Shown: in pieces, positions 62,337 through 64,000 of the stretch
Position numbering within the stretch: the first letter of the stretch is position 1
Layout: each line of letters starts with the position of its first letter
DNA from: an uncultured archaeon
Lineage (GTDB): Archaea > Altiarchaeota > Altiarchaeia > IMC4 > SCGC-AAA252-I15
Direction: 5' to 3'
NCBI GenBank assembly: GCA_902384455.1
Contig: CABMCB010000018.1
Span: 19,008-83,007 of the forward strand
DNA length: 64,000 nt
Translations under genes and position numbers: made by a program
Notes under the pieces: generated by a model
What the model was told of the DNA's origin: nothing
Database searches by the model: none
Seen by the model: the letters and a program-made list of their open reading frames with translations, nothing else

Positions 62337-62825
62337 ATGAGTTTCAGAAGAAACCGCCGGGGACAAAGCGCCATCGAATACACGATGACGTACGGCTGGG
62401 CGATACTCGTCATAATCATAGCCGCAGTCATCCTATGGAGGAGCGGACTATTGGAGTTCAGCCGCGACGTACAACCGGGAAGCCGCGGATTCAGCCAAAT
62501 CAGGCCTCTGGACTGGAAGCTTTCCGCTGACGGGACTCTGCTTATTACGATTGAAAACGACGCCGGAAGCATCCTTGTGCTGCCGGCAGGAGGCGTGACG
62601 GCTAGCGTACTAGGCGGCGCGGCGTCATGCACAGGAAGCGCCCCCGCAGCGGACGTAAGCCCCTTCAGGCCTGCCGCCGTTCAGACTGTGACTTTGACCG
62701 GATGCGGCGCTCCCCCGGGCGGCACAGGCACATACTACAGGGCGAACGTGAGCATACTGTACAGCAACCCCGGAAGCGGCCTCAACCATCAGAGTGTTGG
62801 GATTTTGTGGGGTCCTCTGGAGTAG
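62337..62825 (+). CDS. Type IV pilin 6
   Basis: RRG/QSAIEYTMTYGWAILVI; ends GILWGPLE. Confidence 0.87.
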   Translation: MSFRRNRRGQSAIEYTMTYGWAILVIIIAAVILWRSGLLEFSRDVQPGSRGFSQIRPLDWKLSADGTLLITIENDAGSILVLPAGGVTASVLGGAASCTGSAPAADVSPFRPAAVQTVTLTGCGAPPGGTGTYYRANVSILYSNPGSGLNHQSVGILWGPLE

Positions 62826-62838
62826 TTTGTTTTTTTTG

Positions 62839-63993
62839 TCAGGTTACGAGTAGTCCTGCGAAGAATTGTCTTAGCGCCCAGTTTAGGAATAGGTAGATGA
62901 CTATTGCCACTATTGCGAGGAGAGGGATGTTTTGTACTCCTGAGACTGCTTTTCCTGTGCGTATGATTGACAGAAGTAGGGCTCCGAATATGCTGCTTGC
63001 GATGAGGATCATGATTGCGTACTGGAAGAAGAAGTCTGGTGTTATCGTCAGGGGGTGCAGAGTTATGATTCCTCCGCGGCTTATGTGGGATAGTGATTCG
63101 AAGTCGACTTGCTTGAATATGCTGGAGAATATGTTGATGAACTGCGTGCTTACGGCAAAAAGCAGGGGGGAGCCGATTACTATGGCGAACATTATGAACA
63201 GCGCCTGAGCGTAAGTTTCAGCTTCCATCTGCTTTTGGAGGTTCAGTTCCGCGCGCATGTCGCGGGCGATGCCCTTAAGGACCGCCGGCAATTCTCCGCC
63301 CGACCGCATACCCTGGATTATGAGACGGATGCTTCGCTCCAGCTTGTCGGACTGAATGCGGTTAGTCACCCTAATCAAAGCGTCAGTCAAAGGCGTCCCG
63401 GTAAGAGTCGCCCTCGCAGCACCCTGAATCTCTATCGCAAGCGGCCCGAATTCAGGTCGCGCGGCCGCCCACAGGGCGTTGTATGTCGTCATTCCCGCGG
63501 AAATGTTTTGGGCGATTATGTCCAATACGTCCGGCAGGACGTCTTCCACGCTCTGAGTCCGCCTGAAGATAAGCAAGTTCAATAAGGCCTGCGGGAGGAA
63601 TATGACTATTGCGCCGGCAAGAAGCGCCGAAGCCACTACCATCAAAGTTGATGCCCCCACGGCTCTTACGACCAGCGCCGTCACACCCGCGACCAAAACG
63701 CTGTAGACTACGGTCATCCCCACAACCTCTTCGCTTGTCATGTCTACTCCCGCATATATGAGCTGCTGGTCCAAGCGGGTCACCACTATCGTGGGGATGA
63801 ATCCGCCAATCAAACGCGGAATGTAAACCATGAATATGCGCACCAAACGCATAAGAGTCCTGAAGAAAAGCAGGCAGAACAACAGAATTATGTTTACGGC
63901 ACAAAGCAGGACGCCCACAAGGTTGCCCGATATTTTAAGAAGAATAATTAGGAATGGAGAGAACGGAAGATTCCATTTTGGGCCGGATTCCAT
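62839..63993 (-). CDS. Type II secretion system F / TadC-like pilus platform membrane protein
   Basis: LPDVLDIIAQNISAGMT, PEFGPLAIEI, GMRSGGELPAVL, multiple TM helices; start uncertain. Confidence 0.88.
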   Translation of the reverse strand: MESGPKWNLPFSPFLIILLKISGNLVGVLLCAVNIILLFCLLFFRTLMRLVRIFMVYIPRLIGGFIPTIVVTRLDQQLIYAGVDMTSEEVVGMTVVYSVLVAGVTALVVRAVGASTLMVVASALLAGAIVIFLPQALLNLLIFRRTQSVEDVLPDVLDIIAQNISAGMTTYNALWAAARPEFGPLAIEIQGAARATLTGTPLTDALIRVTNRIQSDKLERSIRLIIQGMRSGGELPAVLKGIARDMRAELNLQKQMEAETYAQALFIMFAIVIGSPLLFAVSTQFINIFSSIFKQVDFESLSHISRGGIITLHPLTITPDFFFQYAIMILIASSIFGALLLSIIRTGKAVSGVQNIPLLAIVAIVIYLFLNWALRQFFAGLLVT

Positions 63994-64000
63994 TGTAGTC

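Noticed and set aside
59661-62825. Diversity-generating retroelement or CRISPR-like interpretation of the pilin repeats
   Set aside because: No reverse transcriptase in the window, differences are not adenine-specific, and the repeats are coding paralogs without spacer periodicity

Overview
Core-genome window of an archaeon. Split rpoB''/B' and rpoA'/A'', topoisomerase VI, class I CCA enzyme, eL/uL ribosomal proteins and Q+1/E+5 class III pilins support this; a DPANN/Altiarchaeota-like lineage is my inference, not proven. Contents in order: V/A-ATPase C and H, secD/secF, CoA genes, topo VI, CCA enzyme, an RNA polymerase-uS12 cluster joined directly to the distal spc cluster (uS8 to secY), a GDP-heptose/glycosylation cluster, a stand-alone ATPase proteolipid next to a PhoU regulator, a serpin, methyltransferases, an XPD helicase, dapF, polB, hisS and six tandem type IV pilins next to a TadC-like gene. 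No tRNA, rRNA, CRISPR array, integrase or transposase was seen. The most interesting unexplained signals are: (1) a ~140-nt intergenic rod-with-central-bubble RNA candidate of 6S-like shape at 36.6 kb, with a TATA box and U-tail; (2) two tiny gene-end replacement scars, where the last 14 codons of secY and the first ~16 codons of dapF each exist twice, associated with short hairpin elements; (3) a mosaic six-pilin array; (4) A+C versus G+T strand-composition patches that switch within genes regardless of coding direction.
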